A DNA stretch of 63,990 nt, filler included, from Stramenopiles sp. TOSAG23-2 (taxonomy: Eukaryota): the NCBI GenBank assembly GCA_900128395.1. It is 6 parts of 6 records of this genome, joined end to end, with 100 filler letters (N's around TTAATTAATTAA, not from the genome) between each part and the next. Parts side by side here need not be neighbours in the genome. Positions count along the whole stretch, not along the records: positions 32,178 to 42,762 come from LT650005.1; positions 42,863 to 53,441 come from LT650006.1; 4 more parts are not named here. One strand, 5' to 3'. Both the position numbers and the translations under genes were made by a program. Shown piece after piece: positions 36,184 through 47,600 of this stretch; the first letter of the stretch is position 1; each line of letters starts with the position of its first letter. Below the pieces are notes generated by a model. That model had not been told where the DNA came from, did not search any database, and worked only from the letters and a program-made list of their open reading frames with translations.

Positions 36184-37130
36184 GTTTCTTTATATTATTA
36201 TTTCTATTGATAATTTACTTTTGTATATATATATGTGTGTGTATAAATTGATCGGTATGGTATGGTATGTTATGTTTTTTTTGTTGTTCTTTGATATAAC
36301 ATATATGTATATATATACATGAGAGAGAGATACACAGTTATTAATACGTGTTGTTGTTTAAAATTATTTAATATAAGTCTGTATTTTTTTAAAAAAAGAT
36401 ATAGCATGGGAATACAACTAAAATGTTAATCCAATTCAAAAAAAAAAAAACACTTTGGTGGTAAAATATAAATATCTTATACAATAAACAACCAATCAGA
36501 GATGATAATGATGTTGCCATATGGAATGGTATTGACTTGTTATTGAAGGTAATGGTATGTTTTTTCGTATAGTTATCTGTCTTTTTCCTATATTATAGTT
36601 TTTCAGAGGCGTAATGGCATAATAGTATAAGTACAGTATATTTTGAAAAATGGTGTATAAAAATGCTAAAATGCTGTAACCATCAACATCTAAAACCAAG
36701 CGTGCGGTCTCGAGTTTCTTTTCAATAGTACATAATTTCATATACTTATATCTCCCTATCAACTTCAAAAATCGTTAACTTTCTTTTAACACTGCACATT
36801 ATTGAAATTATAATAAATGTTTCGAAATTTCAGTTCAGATTACTATGGAAATACAATGGAAACTCGAAATTTTTTTATTTCAAAACATAGAATTTTCAAT
36901 CAAAAAAGTGATTAGATAAAAGTAATATCGATATGAACAAAGGTAAAATGTAAATTGCTATATATATACACATTCTATATTTAACGTTCTAGTCTATATA
37001 TATTTGATATATTGAAAATAGTTTATATTTACGAATAATAATACATTCGAAGCAACAAAGAAGTATATACTTATTTAAAAAAAAAAAATCATTCATAAAA
37101 AATAATTACAAAGGAAAAACAAGAAAAAAA

Positions 37131-38393
37131 ATGGCAACAGGTGAAAATATTGGTATGATGGAAGGTGCTTTTTTCGTTGGAAGAAAAGCAATACTTGATT
37201 GGTTAAATGAACTTTTGAAAACAAATTTAACAAAGATTGAGGAAACGTGTAGTGGTGCGATTGCATGTCAACTTTGCGATGCATTGTATGGTCCAGAATC
37301 TCGTAAAGTACCAATGCATAAAGTGAAATGGGATTGTAAAGCTGATTTTGAATACACCCAAAATTATAAAATTTTACAAGATGTTTTTCAAAAAGTCGGT
37401 GTAAACAAAGTCATTCCAGTTGCTCAATTGATACGCGGTAAATACCAAGATAATTTGGAATTCATGCAATGGTTCAAACGTTTTTTCGAATTGAATTATA
37501 GTGGCATGCCAGAAGATTACGATGCAATCAAACGACGTGCAAAAGGCAAAGGTGTTGCTACGTTTGATAAACGTATGGCATCGAAACCAAAATCGAAACC
37601 AAGGCGTGGACATGGTAGTTCAGCAACTTCACGACGTCCAACACGTACTGCTGGAAGTCGTGTTAATAGTAACAACAGTAAGCGTTCATCAACTGGTAAT
37701 AGTGACAAGAGCAACAACAACAACAACAACAATGGAACATCTAGTAGATCTGGAAATAGTCGTTCTAGTACTGGTCGCAGTAGCAATAACGGCAGTGATC
37801 GTACAACAAAAGGAAGACCACAACAAAAAGAAAATAGGAGAACAAATACACATTCTAATAATAAAAGAAGTAGTGCAATGAATGCGCAACTTGTGGCAAA
37901 AAATGAAGAATTAACGTCTGAAAATACAACATTGTTAACCACGGTAACTGGTTTGGAAAAAGAACGTGATTTTTATTTTGGCAAATTAAGAGATGTTGAA
38001 ATATTAATACAAAATTTAACTGAAAATGATACAGAACCAACCAAAGAAGTTAAAGGATTATGCGATTCTATTTTAAAAATATTATATGCAACAGAAGAAG
38101 ATTTTACAACTGGCGGTGGTGGCGATGATGATGAGGATGCAGAAGAAGAAGAAGAAGAAGTAGCAGCTGTAGTAGAAGAAAATAATGGTGCTAGTCAAAA
38201 AGTACAAATGAAAGATGACGATGATATTGCTACGACTAATGTAAATGTTGAATCAAAAATGGAAGTCACTGCGCCTGTGGTTAAATCACCTACACCATTG
38301 CCTGGTCCAACACAAAATGTGAATGAAACAAAAGTAGTTGAACAAGAAGATGATGAAGGTTTAGGTTTGGATGAAGGTGTTGAGACGTTTTAG
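37131..38393 (+). CDS. EB1: Microtubule plus-end binding protein EB1 (RP/EB family)
   Basis: CH domain (FVGRKAILDWLN...YQDNLEFMQWFK), EBH domain LEKERDFYFGKLRDVEI...ILYATEE, acidic tail ending ETF. Confidence 0.97.
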   Translation: MATGENIGMMEGAFFVGRKAILDWLNELLKTNLTKIEETCSGAIACQLCDALYGPESRKVPMHKVKWDCKADFEYTQNYKILQDVFQKVGVNKVIPVAQLIRGKYQDNLEFMQWFKRFFELNYSGMPEDYDAIKRRAKGKGVATFDKRMASKPKSKPRRGHGSSATSRRPTRTAGSRVNSNNSKRSSTGNSDKSNNNNNNNGTSSRSGNSRSSTGRSSNNGSDRTTKGRPQQKENRRTNTHSNNKRSSAMNAQLVAKNEELTSENTTLLTTVTGLEKERDFYFGKLRDVEILIQNLTENDTEPTKEVKGLCDSILKILYATEEDFTTGGGGDDDEDAEEEEEEVAAVVEENNGASQKVQMKDDDDIATTNVNVESKMEVTAPVVKSPTPLPGPTQNVNETKVVEQEDDEGLGLDEGVETF

Positions 38394-38859
38394 AACTGGC
38401 TGCCTGAGGTTTGTGGAACGAAGTGTATTTCCAATATCAATAATTGTTTTGGTGTTGATTGAGATGTTATTGTATGACATGAAACAAAATATCATCTTGT
38501 AAAACAATGATATATATATTATAGATGATGAAGGTGTTGAGACGTTTTAATATGTACATTATGGGAACGAAGTGTCGTATATATTGCATGCCCGGCATGT
38601 GCCGAGAATGCATGTGTGTTGTTTCTACTCTAGAGTGTTTGTGTAAAAAGTTTACGTAAAAAATACTCTACATGTGTGATGTAATAGTTTATATAGTATA
38701 TTATATATATATGTGGAGAGGAGGAGATTAATGCGTATCCGACGTTCACACAATATTACTAAACCGGGTGTGAAGTGTTCTTTTTTTTTATTTTTTTAAA
38801 AAGTCTTTTTACTTCTATTTTTACTTTACATCTCTCTCTCATATATATATATCATACAT

Positions 38860-39219
38860 TCAATCATTATCATTTTCATCGTTTTTGTTTATATTTATTA
38901 TTCCACTTTTATTAGTATTCACGTTCCTTCCTTCGTTTTCATATTTTACACTCATATTATTTGATTTATCAATTATACGCCTAAGTTTCCAAGATAGAAA
39001 CCCACGTTTTTCTTTATAACATTTCCAAAAATTTTGATTATCTTCATAGCAAAATCCACTACGTAATAAATTAATACCACCATTTTCAATACATTTTAAA
39101 TATTTATTATGTTCTGCAGCACATGCTTCTAATGCCAATTGTTTTTGTTGTTCTAATTCTTCATCGGATAGATGTTTAACAGCATTGTATCCTTCTTTCG
39201 TTGGGACATCATCCTCCAT
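38860..39219 (-). CDS. Twin Cx9C (CHCH) protein, probably mitochondrial intermembrane space
   Basis: CAAEHNKYLKC and CYEDNQNFWKC. Confidence 0.8.
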   Translation of the reverse strand: MEDDVPTKEGYNAVKHLSDEELEQQKQLALEACAAEHNKYLKCIENGGINLLRSGFCYEDNQNFWKCYKEKRGFLSWKLRRIIDKSNNMSVKYENEGRNVNTNKSGIININKNDENDND

Positions 39220-39543
39220 GGTTTGATTGTATATATATATATATAAGACGTTGTATTTTGATATTTTTGTTCGTGTGTTTTGTTTTCCTGGTATTATCGA
39301 TATGTAGAGTAGTTCAATGTATTTTAATATAAAAATAATAAAAAACTAAGAAATTATTTTTATATATCATCATATTCGAAGAAAGGAAAAAAAAGAAAAA
39401 TTGTTCTTTGTTAAATATATGTATATATATATATTCAATCCAATATGCATGCAATTTCTCTTTTTCTCTCTCTTTGCACCCGTAATAATATTTGTATTAT
39501 TATGATTACATCTCTTCTCGTCATTTTTTTGTTTTTATTATTA

Positions 39544-39876
39544 TTATACTTTTTTTGCTGCTAAATATTCTTGTGCTTCTTTTAATTTTTCATTATCTTT
39601 TAAATCTTCATCTTCTGCAAAATCTTCAATAAATAATTCAAGATCTTCCAATGCTGTATCGTAACGACTTTGGCAATCAGGGATCATCGATTCGGTTTCT
39701 TGTAATACTTGTTTTTGTTTGTTAATGTACGCTTGCTCTCCATTTTCCGCTTCTAATTTTGCAATCTTTTCTTTTTGTTTTTCCGCTTCTTTGACATAAC
39801 TTGCTGTTTCTTTTTCAATTCTTTTAACAGACGATAATTTAATACGTAATTGTTTTTGATTTTCTGTTTCTGGCAT
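39544..39876 (-). CDS. TBCA: Tubulin-specific chaperone A
   Basis: QLRIKLSSVKRIEKE...KQKQVLQETESMIPDCQSR; 110 aa. Confidence 0.95.
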   Translation of the reverse strand: MPETENQKQLRIKLSSVKRIEKETASYVKEAEKQKEKIAKLEAENGEQAYINKQKQVLQETESMIPDCQSRYDTALEDLELFIEDFAEDEDLKDNEKLKEAQEYLAAKKV

Positions 39877-41155
39877 GTTTAATTTGTTTCTTTAAAAATC
39901 GATCGTTATTATTAGAAAAGTGTATATGTATGTTTGGTGTTTTTTTTTTGTTTTCTTTGTATAAAAATTATAAATAAATATATAGATAGTCGTCTATATA
40001 TATACTAATTATAATTTATTTTGTACACGTTGTCAATTTATCTAATACTCTATTGTATATATCTACGTATGTACATATGTATATATTCATTGTTGGTTAA
40101 ATTTGGTAGTTTTTGATGTTAATTTACAATTATTACCATTTTATATATAAATATCCGATTATTATCGTGTATTATGTAGGGTATATAATATAGTAATAGT
40201 ATTGATTTATGGTATTATTTTTATGGTATATAAATCTAATATACAAACTACGATGAAAAGTGGTGGTCTCCACGTCTCCACCACACACCACGGATAAAAA
40301 AAAAACAACAAAAGGGGATAGCACTATCATAGCATTGAGAATCATTCACAAAGGAAGAGATAAGTAAAACCAGTATAAATGAAATAAAGTGCTAAAAATG
40401 TAATGATGTACAGTGTTATTTATTAATACAATGATGTGTAGGTTGTAACGATGTGACCGATCTGTGAAATTAGTGATAAACTGTCGCTCTTTTTTTGCAC
40501 TTCCCATCACTTCCCAAGAAGCACCAAATCGAAAAAAAAAATATAGTGTAGTACGCCTAGTATATGAAAAATTACAAATAACTTAAAAATAGGAAACTTT
40601 ATCAAATAATATAATAGAATACAATACAATAATTAAGGGACAACATACCTCTTGTTGGTCCTTTAATCACGTTTCCTCCCCCGCGAAATGGGATCGTAGA
40701 CAGTGCTGTGTCCATTGTAAATATATTCTAGCATAGTAGTACGCTTAAAACCAATAGCATAGACACAGGGGGTGTTATTTTCATTTTCGGATGTGGATTT
40801 GCTTTGAGAGTACCCAGAGCACCAGAGTACAATAATAAAAAAAAAAGTTTGATTTTTACTAACTTCAATAATAGTAAATTGAAAATGAAGAATTGAATTG
40901 CAACACATAAGTAAATGAATCAAAGAAGGTGGGGATAAAATAAAAATTACTATTTGTGTATAACGGAATAATTGCCGTTACTATTATCTGCCGTTGTTAG
41001 TGGCAGTAGTGCTGTTGGTGCGTCAAGTGTACCACGCGTGTTTATACGTTTTGTATACACTTTCGACGTGCACCTTTCTTTATAATTTTACGTTAGCTAT
41101 AAAGTGTCAAGTATTAGTGACATAGTCGTCTGTACTAAGGTATATAAATATTGGC

Positions 41156-42511
41156 ATGGGAGGGACAGACTCCAAAACATCGTCGTCGCAGGCAGAAGAA
41201 GACCAGATAACATCAAATTCCCTTCAACTCGGGGACATAGTTATCATTTATCTCACTTTAATACGCAATGTACCAAGTGATTTTGATTTACATATATTTC
41301 TTATAATACAATCATATGCCGGGCTATCGTTTACAATATCTTCTGTTAATAATCATTTACACCGTGGTGGGCAAGATGAAAATACTTTGTACCATCAATT
41401 GAAAAGATGTGTACCGTTTAAAAGGAATGTCGTACCAACGTCAATAGCAATCACAACAACTTCTCACGACCAAGGGTGGTGTGACAATGGGCACGATGGT
41501 TCAAGAATGGGAAGTCATACCTATTTTCAACTCCAAATAAATCATAAAAATAGCTCTGACAATACACTTTTAAAAGCATACAATCGTGTTATGGTGCATC
41601 GTAACATTCGTGCCAGCCGTGAATTTGATACAGAAACAAAAGTGTACAAAGAGTTAAGAATGGATGTGAAGCATCATCCATGGTATGTAGTAAAACAAAA
41701 TGAAATGAAAGAATTTATTGTTGAAAAAGTAAATTCCGATAACAATAATACTAGTAGTAATGACAATCAATCAGCATCATTATATTACAATCCTCAAACA
41801 TTAATATGTATCAACCCCTCTGAAACAGCACGAACGTACAGCACCGTTTTTGACAATGATCAAATCGGTAGGGGACATGCAAGATCAATGTTGGAATCGC
41901 ACCAAGCGTGGTCTGCGCAGCACAACGATAAAGAGCAATGGATGGTGATTGATTTAGGAATGGAAGCAAATGTTCAAGGTGTCGTTATCTCTGGTCGTGG
42001 GAAATCTTGTAAAAATCAATCTGTTACTGAAATTGCAGTAGAACTTTCATGTGATAAGACAAGTTGGGTAGAAGTTGGAGAGTATCAATGTGAAACATTT
42101 AATGAAAATGAATTGAAATTCGTTTCATTGGATTTTAATGATATGAAATCTTCTTCAAATATGGATTACCGTTACGTAAAAATACGCCCGTTGCAATGGA
42201 AGCAACATATATCAATGCGTGCCGGTGTTGTTATTAACAATGTTACCTCACCAATATTAAATTTAATGTTGAAACAAAACAAAGCGACGGTTAATTTAAG
42301 AAAGGAAAGAGAATGCCCAGTGTATATGTTGAAGTCTGTTATTTTAGCCGGAAAGAAAAGAGGGGAGGATGATGAAGAATTTGAAGTGCAATTGTATTCC
42401 AGGTCCCATTACCCAGGATGGAGAAACAACGTGCAAAATGCAACTATTGAAATCGAGTTTGAACCGGATATGTATAAAATGATTGAACATCCACTTGGAA
42501 CGGCACATTAA
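41156..42511 (+). CDS. F5/8 type C (discoidin) domain protein with possible N-myristoylation
   Basis: AWSAQHNDKEQWMVIDLG...GVVISGR...RYVKIRPLQWKQHISMRAGV; N-terminus MGGTDS. Confidence 0.85.
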   Translation: MGGTDSKTSSSQAEEDQITSNSLQLGDIVIIYLTLIRNVPSDFDLHIFLIIQSYAGLSFTISSVNNHLHRGGQDENTLYHQLKRCVPFKRNVVPTSIAITTTSHDQGWCDNGHDGSRMGSHTYFQLQINHKNSSDNTLLKAYNRVMVHRNIRASREFDTETKVYKELRMDVKHHPWYVVKQNEMKEFIVEKVNSDNNNTSSNDNQSASLYYNPQTLICINPSETARTYSTVFDNDQIGRGHARSMLESHQAWSAQHNDKEQWMVIDLGMEANVQGVVISGRGKSCKNQSVTEIAVELSCDKTSWVEVGEYQCETFNENELKFVSLDFNDMKSSSNMDYRYVKIRPLQWKQHISMRAGVVINNVTSPILNLMLKQNKATVNLRKERECPVYMLKSVILAGKKRGEDDEEFEVQLYSRSHYPGWRNNVQNATIEIEFEPDMYKMIEHPLGTAH

Positions 42512-42762
42512 CAAAACATATTGACAGGAATGGTGAGTGGGTTTTGGTTTTCAAATAAATTTTTTAAATCTCTTTTAGTATTTTGTATATATATATGTAT
42601 ACTCTATCCGGGTATACCAGCCATAATAATTTACGAATATATTTTTTTTTTAATTTTTTTATATAAATAATATATTACTATCCCCGATAATATAGTATAA
42701 AAAATATAATTAAATCACTTTTAGGTACTGATTTCTTCTTTCGCAGGTACTGTTGACAGTAC

Positions 42763-42862
42763 NNNNNNNNNNNNNNNNNNNNNNNNNNNNNNNNNNNNNN
42801 NNNNNNTTAATTAATTAANNNNNNNNNNNNNNNNNNNNNNNNNNNNNNNNNNNNNNNNNNNN
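42763..42862. other. Artificial contig spacer
   Basis: N run with TTAATTAATTAA. Confidence 0.99.
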
Positions 42863-42875
42863 AAAGTAGGAATTG

Positions 42876-44240
42876 TCATGGGTATGCCATATCATTAGAA
42901 ATAAAATAACATTTCACATGATTTGTATAGATCAATCTCGATTTTGTTTTCTTATTGTTATTATTGTAGTTGTTGTTATTATTATTCTTACGTTTCAACA
43001 ATTCTTCTTGTTTATTTGTATTATTCATTTTTTTTGTATGTAAAACCTTTAAAATATCATGATAACTATTAATACTATTCTTCTTGGTAAGATTGTCTTC
43101 AGTAATCCCCGATAACATAACATACAAATTTTCATCTAAACAATATACACCATCATCAATAATTAAAGGTTCAGTCGCATGTATACCAAGAATACATCGA
43201 AGTTTTTGTACATCAATACTATCAACAGCATGTAGCTTCCATCTATTTTTAATTGCTGCTTTTAAAATATTGTTAATGATTTCATGTTTCTCATCATTTA
43301 GTTGTGAATAAATACAATGAATAGGTTTCATTTGTTGTATTGCATAAATTTGAAATTTATTTTCACTTGTTAAGACAGCATCACTACCAGGACTATCAAA
43401 ATGAAAATAAATATTGCCATCATATCTATTTTTTACACCACAATTGCGTAAAAGTTGAAAACTACCAGATGGAGTATTATTAGGATGCGATGATGATTGC
43501 AATGATCTATTTGTAATCGTTGATTGAGGTTGACAACGGCAAAACATAAATTTAAAAATTTTAAATTGTCGTGGCATCAAAGATACATTGTCAATAGAAA
43601 ATCTTGTACATCCTTTGTTAGATCTTTCACTCGAAATTCTATCATCTCGCAACGCTATTGAATAAAAGGCACTATCAACATAATTCTCAGATTTATTTGC
43701 ATTTACAACATCAAAACGAAATTCAAGATCCCCATGTCCCATAATTGGAAACGGACTTTTATTCCATATTTTAAGATTCAAAAATGCCTCTCCAATAATA
43801 TCTTCATTTCTCAACACTTCAGTGTGAATATCAATCGAACTTTCAACCATTGTTTCTAATGCTTTATTCATTTGTATCACAGCTGCTACTCCTTGTTTTA
43901 CACTATGTGATATTTCTTGAACCGCATGGTTAAATGCATTCCCCATGTTGGATACATTTGTAGCTAAATTTGAAAACATAGGTGTTGGTGGTGTTGAATT
44001 AGATGTTACTAGAGTATCTTTTTTAGTTTGTTTTGGTGATGTTAAATTTTTTTTCATTTTCTTTTTTTCACTTTCTCCAATAATTTGTATATGGTTGTTA
44101 TCATTGTTATCACTTTGTTTTCTTTTTTGTTTATTCATCGTATTATTATCGTAGTTCTCATTATTATTATAATTATTATATATATCTACGTTTCTGACAA
44201 TTCTTCTTTTATACCAAACTGGGGATATAACACACAACAA
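42876..44240 (-). CDS. Hypothetical protein (start uncertain)
   Basis: 454-codon open frame with globular-looking central region; no family recognised. Confidence 0.65.
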   Translation of the reverse strand: MLCVISPVWYKRRIVRNVDIYNNYNNNENYDNNTMNKQKRKQSDNNDNNHIQIIGESEKKKMKKNLTSPKQTKKDTLVTSNSTPPTPMFSNLATNVSNMGNAFNHAVQEISHSVKQGVAAVIQMNKALETMVESSIDIHTEVLRNEDIIGEAFLNLKIWNKSPFPIMGHGDLEFRFDVVNANKSENYVDSAFYSIALRDDRISSERSNKGCTRFSIDNVSLMPRQFKIFKFMFCRCQPQSTITNRSLQSSSHPNNTPSGSFQLLRNCGVKNRYDGNIYFHFDSPGSDAVLTSENKFQIYAIQQMKPIHCIYSQLNDEKHEIINNILKAAIKNRWKLHAVDSIDVQKLRCILGIHATEPLIIDDGVYCLDENLYVMLSGITEDNLTKKNSINSYHDILKVLHTKKMNNTNKQEELLKRKNNNNNNYNNNNKKTKSRLIYTNHVKCYFISNDMAYP

Positions 44241-44620
44241 TAATCTACATATGTATAATTTAAATTAGTCTAATAAAAAAAATAATATTATTATAAAAAA
44301 AAAAGTGGAGGAAGAAGAATGCCAGAATGTGGTGCTTTTTATTTGTGATTTCGTATGATCGTATGAATCTGTATTAGTATGATTTTATAGCCTTGTGCTA
44401 TTCTGATCCTATAAAAATAGAATATATTCCTTAAAGTTATAATTATATATATATAGTTTTAATGGTTATGACATATAATATTAAGTATTTTTAAAATTAA
44501 AAAATATTTATGAAAGCTAAAACAACTAGAAACAGATCTGTCTCTCTGTGTATATCTAACGATAAATAATTTGTATGCGCGTACATTTGCTTGTATAGAA
44601 ATATATATGCAAAAGTAAAG

Positions 44621-47600
44621 ATGGAGGGTGAGATTATTGATACACTGGAAAAAGAAGAGGAACAACAGGAGGTTGTAGAACTGCCTGGTGTTACTGCATT
44701 GAAAATATTAGGGAAAACAAACCATTCATCCATATACGCAAATAATGGAAAAGTTGCTGACGAAAATGATAGTAATATTAAAACGAGAAAAAATATGGAT
44801 AATAATGTCAACAATAAATACATGCTAGATGCTTTATTAAATGCAGTTGGTATATCGGATGATGTTATAAATAAGCAAAACGAGGATGATATGAAGGCAA
44901 AGAAGAAAGAAGATGCCAATAATAGTAAGCCACCTATTTTCCCACCAAATACGTTTAATAGTTTATTACCAATACCAACAGCAAACGACAATATAGCAAC
45001 AATGAATAACGAGTATGTATTATTAAATAATAAACACATAAGTCTAAATAATGAAAGCAACGATGATGAAGGTAGCGATGCTTGTAGTGATTGGGGAGAA
45101 GATACAAATGTAAATTCAACAGCAATGAAAATTTTTGATAGTGACAGTAATACTGCTAATGGCAATAATAATAATAATAATAATAATAATAAAGGTACTG
45201 CTATTCGAAGTGATAATAATAATAACAACAACAATGATAAAGATAGTGAAGTTATAACAATAGGTGTAACTCCGCGGCAAAAGAAAGAAACAAATACATC
45301 TATAGCAAATGAAGAAAAAACGATGGATAGGGACATTAATACAAATGAAGAAAAAGTAGATGTTAATAATAATAATGATCGTGGAGCCAACGACAAAAAT
45401 AACAGCAGCAACGATAATAATAAACTGAATAATCTGCTTCAAGCTTTACAACAGTTACCTGGTATTGCTTCACCAGACGAAGCAAGAAATTGGGGACCTG
45501 TACCGTGGGGTCGATTTAGTAACAATAATATGAAAATTAAGAAAACAGCGCCTGCATGGTCGTTTCCATTGTTACAAACTCCTTTGTCATCACCGGAGCC
45601 AATACGGACAAATTTATTAAACCCCTCCATAATAGCGTCAAGAGAAGCAGTAAGGCGCAGAGCCATCATTTTTTCACCATTAAACGTAGATCCACGAAAT
45701 AATAAAAACAATGAAGCTTTAAGAAAATATCCTCGTGTTGCATATGATTGGCGTGAAGCCCAAGAATCAACGACAAATGCCGTATCTGCCGCTCCTAAAT
45801 CTCCAAAAAGTAAAAATGGAAATTATTCTAATTTAAAATTTGATTCACGCTTTGAATGTGGCAATTTATTACGTGCTGTGCAAATTGCTCCGTACGAATA
45901 CGATTTATTTGTACGTGCTGATGTAAATACGAAAAGTTACATGCAATGGTGGTATTTTGCTGTAAAGAATACACACACTCCTAATTGGAAAGATTTAGCA
46001 GTGCAAAAAGCAAATAGGCGAAAAGAGCAAGCATGGGGCGGTGTGAATAGTAGTGGTGTAAACATAGGAAATATTAATCGTGGTAGCAGCAGAGAACCAA
46101 CATCGCTTGGAGTAAATCCAAGTGGCAGCGTTACAATCAAATTTAATATTGTTAATTTATGTAAACCAGATAGTATGTATAATAAAGGTATGCAACCAAT
46201 ATTATATTCATGTTTTGAAGCTGAAAATGCGGGTATAGGATGGAGACGAGCTGGATCGGATATATGTTATTTTGGTAATCAATACGCCCGGGTAGATTCA
46301 AAAGGAAATCATTACACGCTGACATTTAAAATAACATTTCAAAATCCAAACGATACGGTATTATTAGCACATTCCCCACCGTACACATATACAGATAACT
46401 TAAGGCATATGAAAGAATTAACAAAAAATCGAGGAAAATGTATACGAAGAAGCGTATTATGCAAAACATTGGCAGAACGTCAATGTGATTTGTTGACTAT
46501 TACTGATTTTGAAGAGCCGGAAGACCCTAAGCGACGAAGAAGAGCTATAGTAATGACGGCGAGGGTACATCCCGGGGAAACACCTGCTAGTTGGATTATG
46601 AAAGGATTTTTAGATTTTGTGACAGGTACAAGCGCAGCAGCAAAATTGTTACGTACAATGTTTGTCTTTAAAGTTGTACCTATGTTAAATCCAGATGGAG
46701 TTTTTTATGGAAATAATCGTTGCAATCTATCTGGAGTTGATTTAAATAGACAATGGGCATATCCAAGTCCTTTGAGGCATCCAACTATTTATCATACAAA
46801 AAACATGATTCGTGAATTGCGAACGATAAGGCCGGTAGTCTTATATTTAGATATACATGCACATAGTCGAAAAAATAATATATTTATGTACGGTGTTGAA
46901 GACAAAAATAGGCCAACACCTAGTCGACGGATTGTACCATTATTAATGTCAAAAGGTTTATTTTCTCATAAATATTTTTCCTACCGTGATTGTCATTTCA
47001 AAGTGACACCAGGACGAGAATCCACTGCTAGAGTTGTCGTAGCGAGAGAATTGCATGTAGCAAATAGCTACACCGTTGAATCTACATATTGTGGTTCAAA
47101 CCAAGGCCCATTAGCTGGTAAACAATTTAATGTTGGCCACTGGGAATTATTTGGTATGGGAATGGCAGATACAATGTTGCAGATGTACCATACTGATGGC
47201 GATAAAAGGTCACATGTCCAAAAATGTTTAGCATTGTTACAAGCTTCGCTATATCATCGTAGTTCAGGTAGTAGCAATACAAGAAGGCAACAACGAGAAG
47301 ATGAAGCTGCGGAAAAAGCATTGGCATTGATCCTTGAGAATAATCCTGGCACAAATGGTGAAAATGTTGAAAGTTTAATTATCGATAAAGCGTCGAATGA
47401 TTTTAATTTTCAAAATTTAAAAGGAATGGGAGATAAGCTTGGTTTAGGAGTAGGGAAAGTAACAACGATGACACCGCAAAGGCGTTCATCAGACTCGTTT
47501 TTGTATACCACTTTTCAAGAACAGAAATTTATACAAGCAGCTGAATTTGAAGATTTTGAAATATACCAAGAAGTGTTTTCACCAAACGTACCAAAAGAGG

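Noticed and set aside
44497-45411. 304-aa minus-strand hydrophobic ORF
   Set aside because: Antisense shadow of the Asn-rich CCP N-terminus
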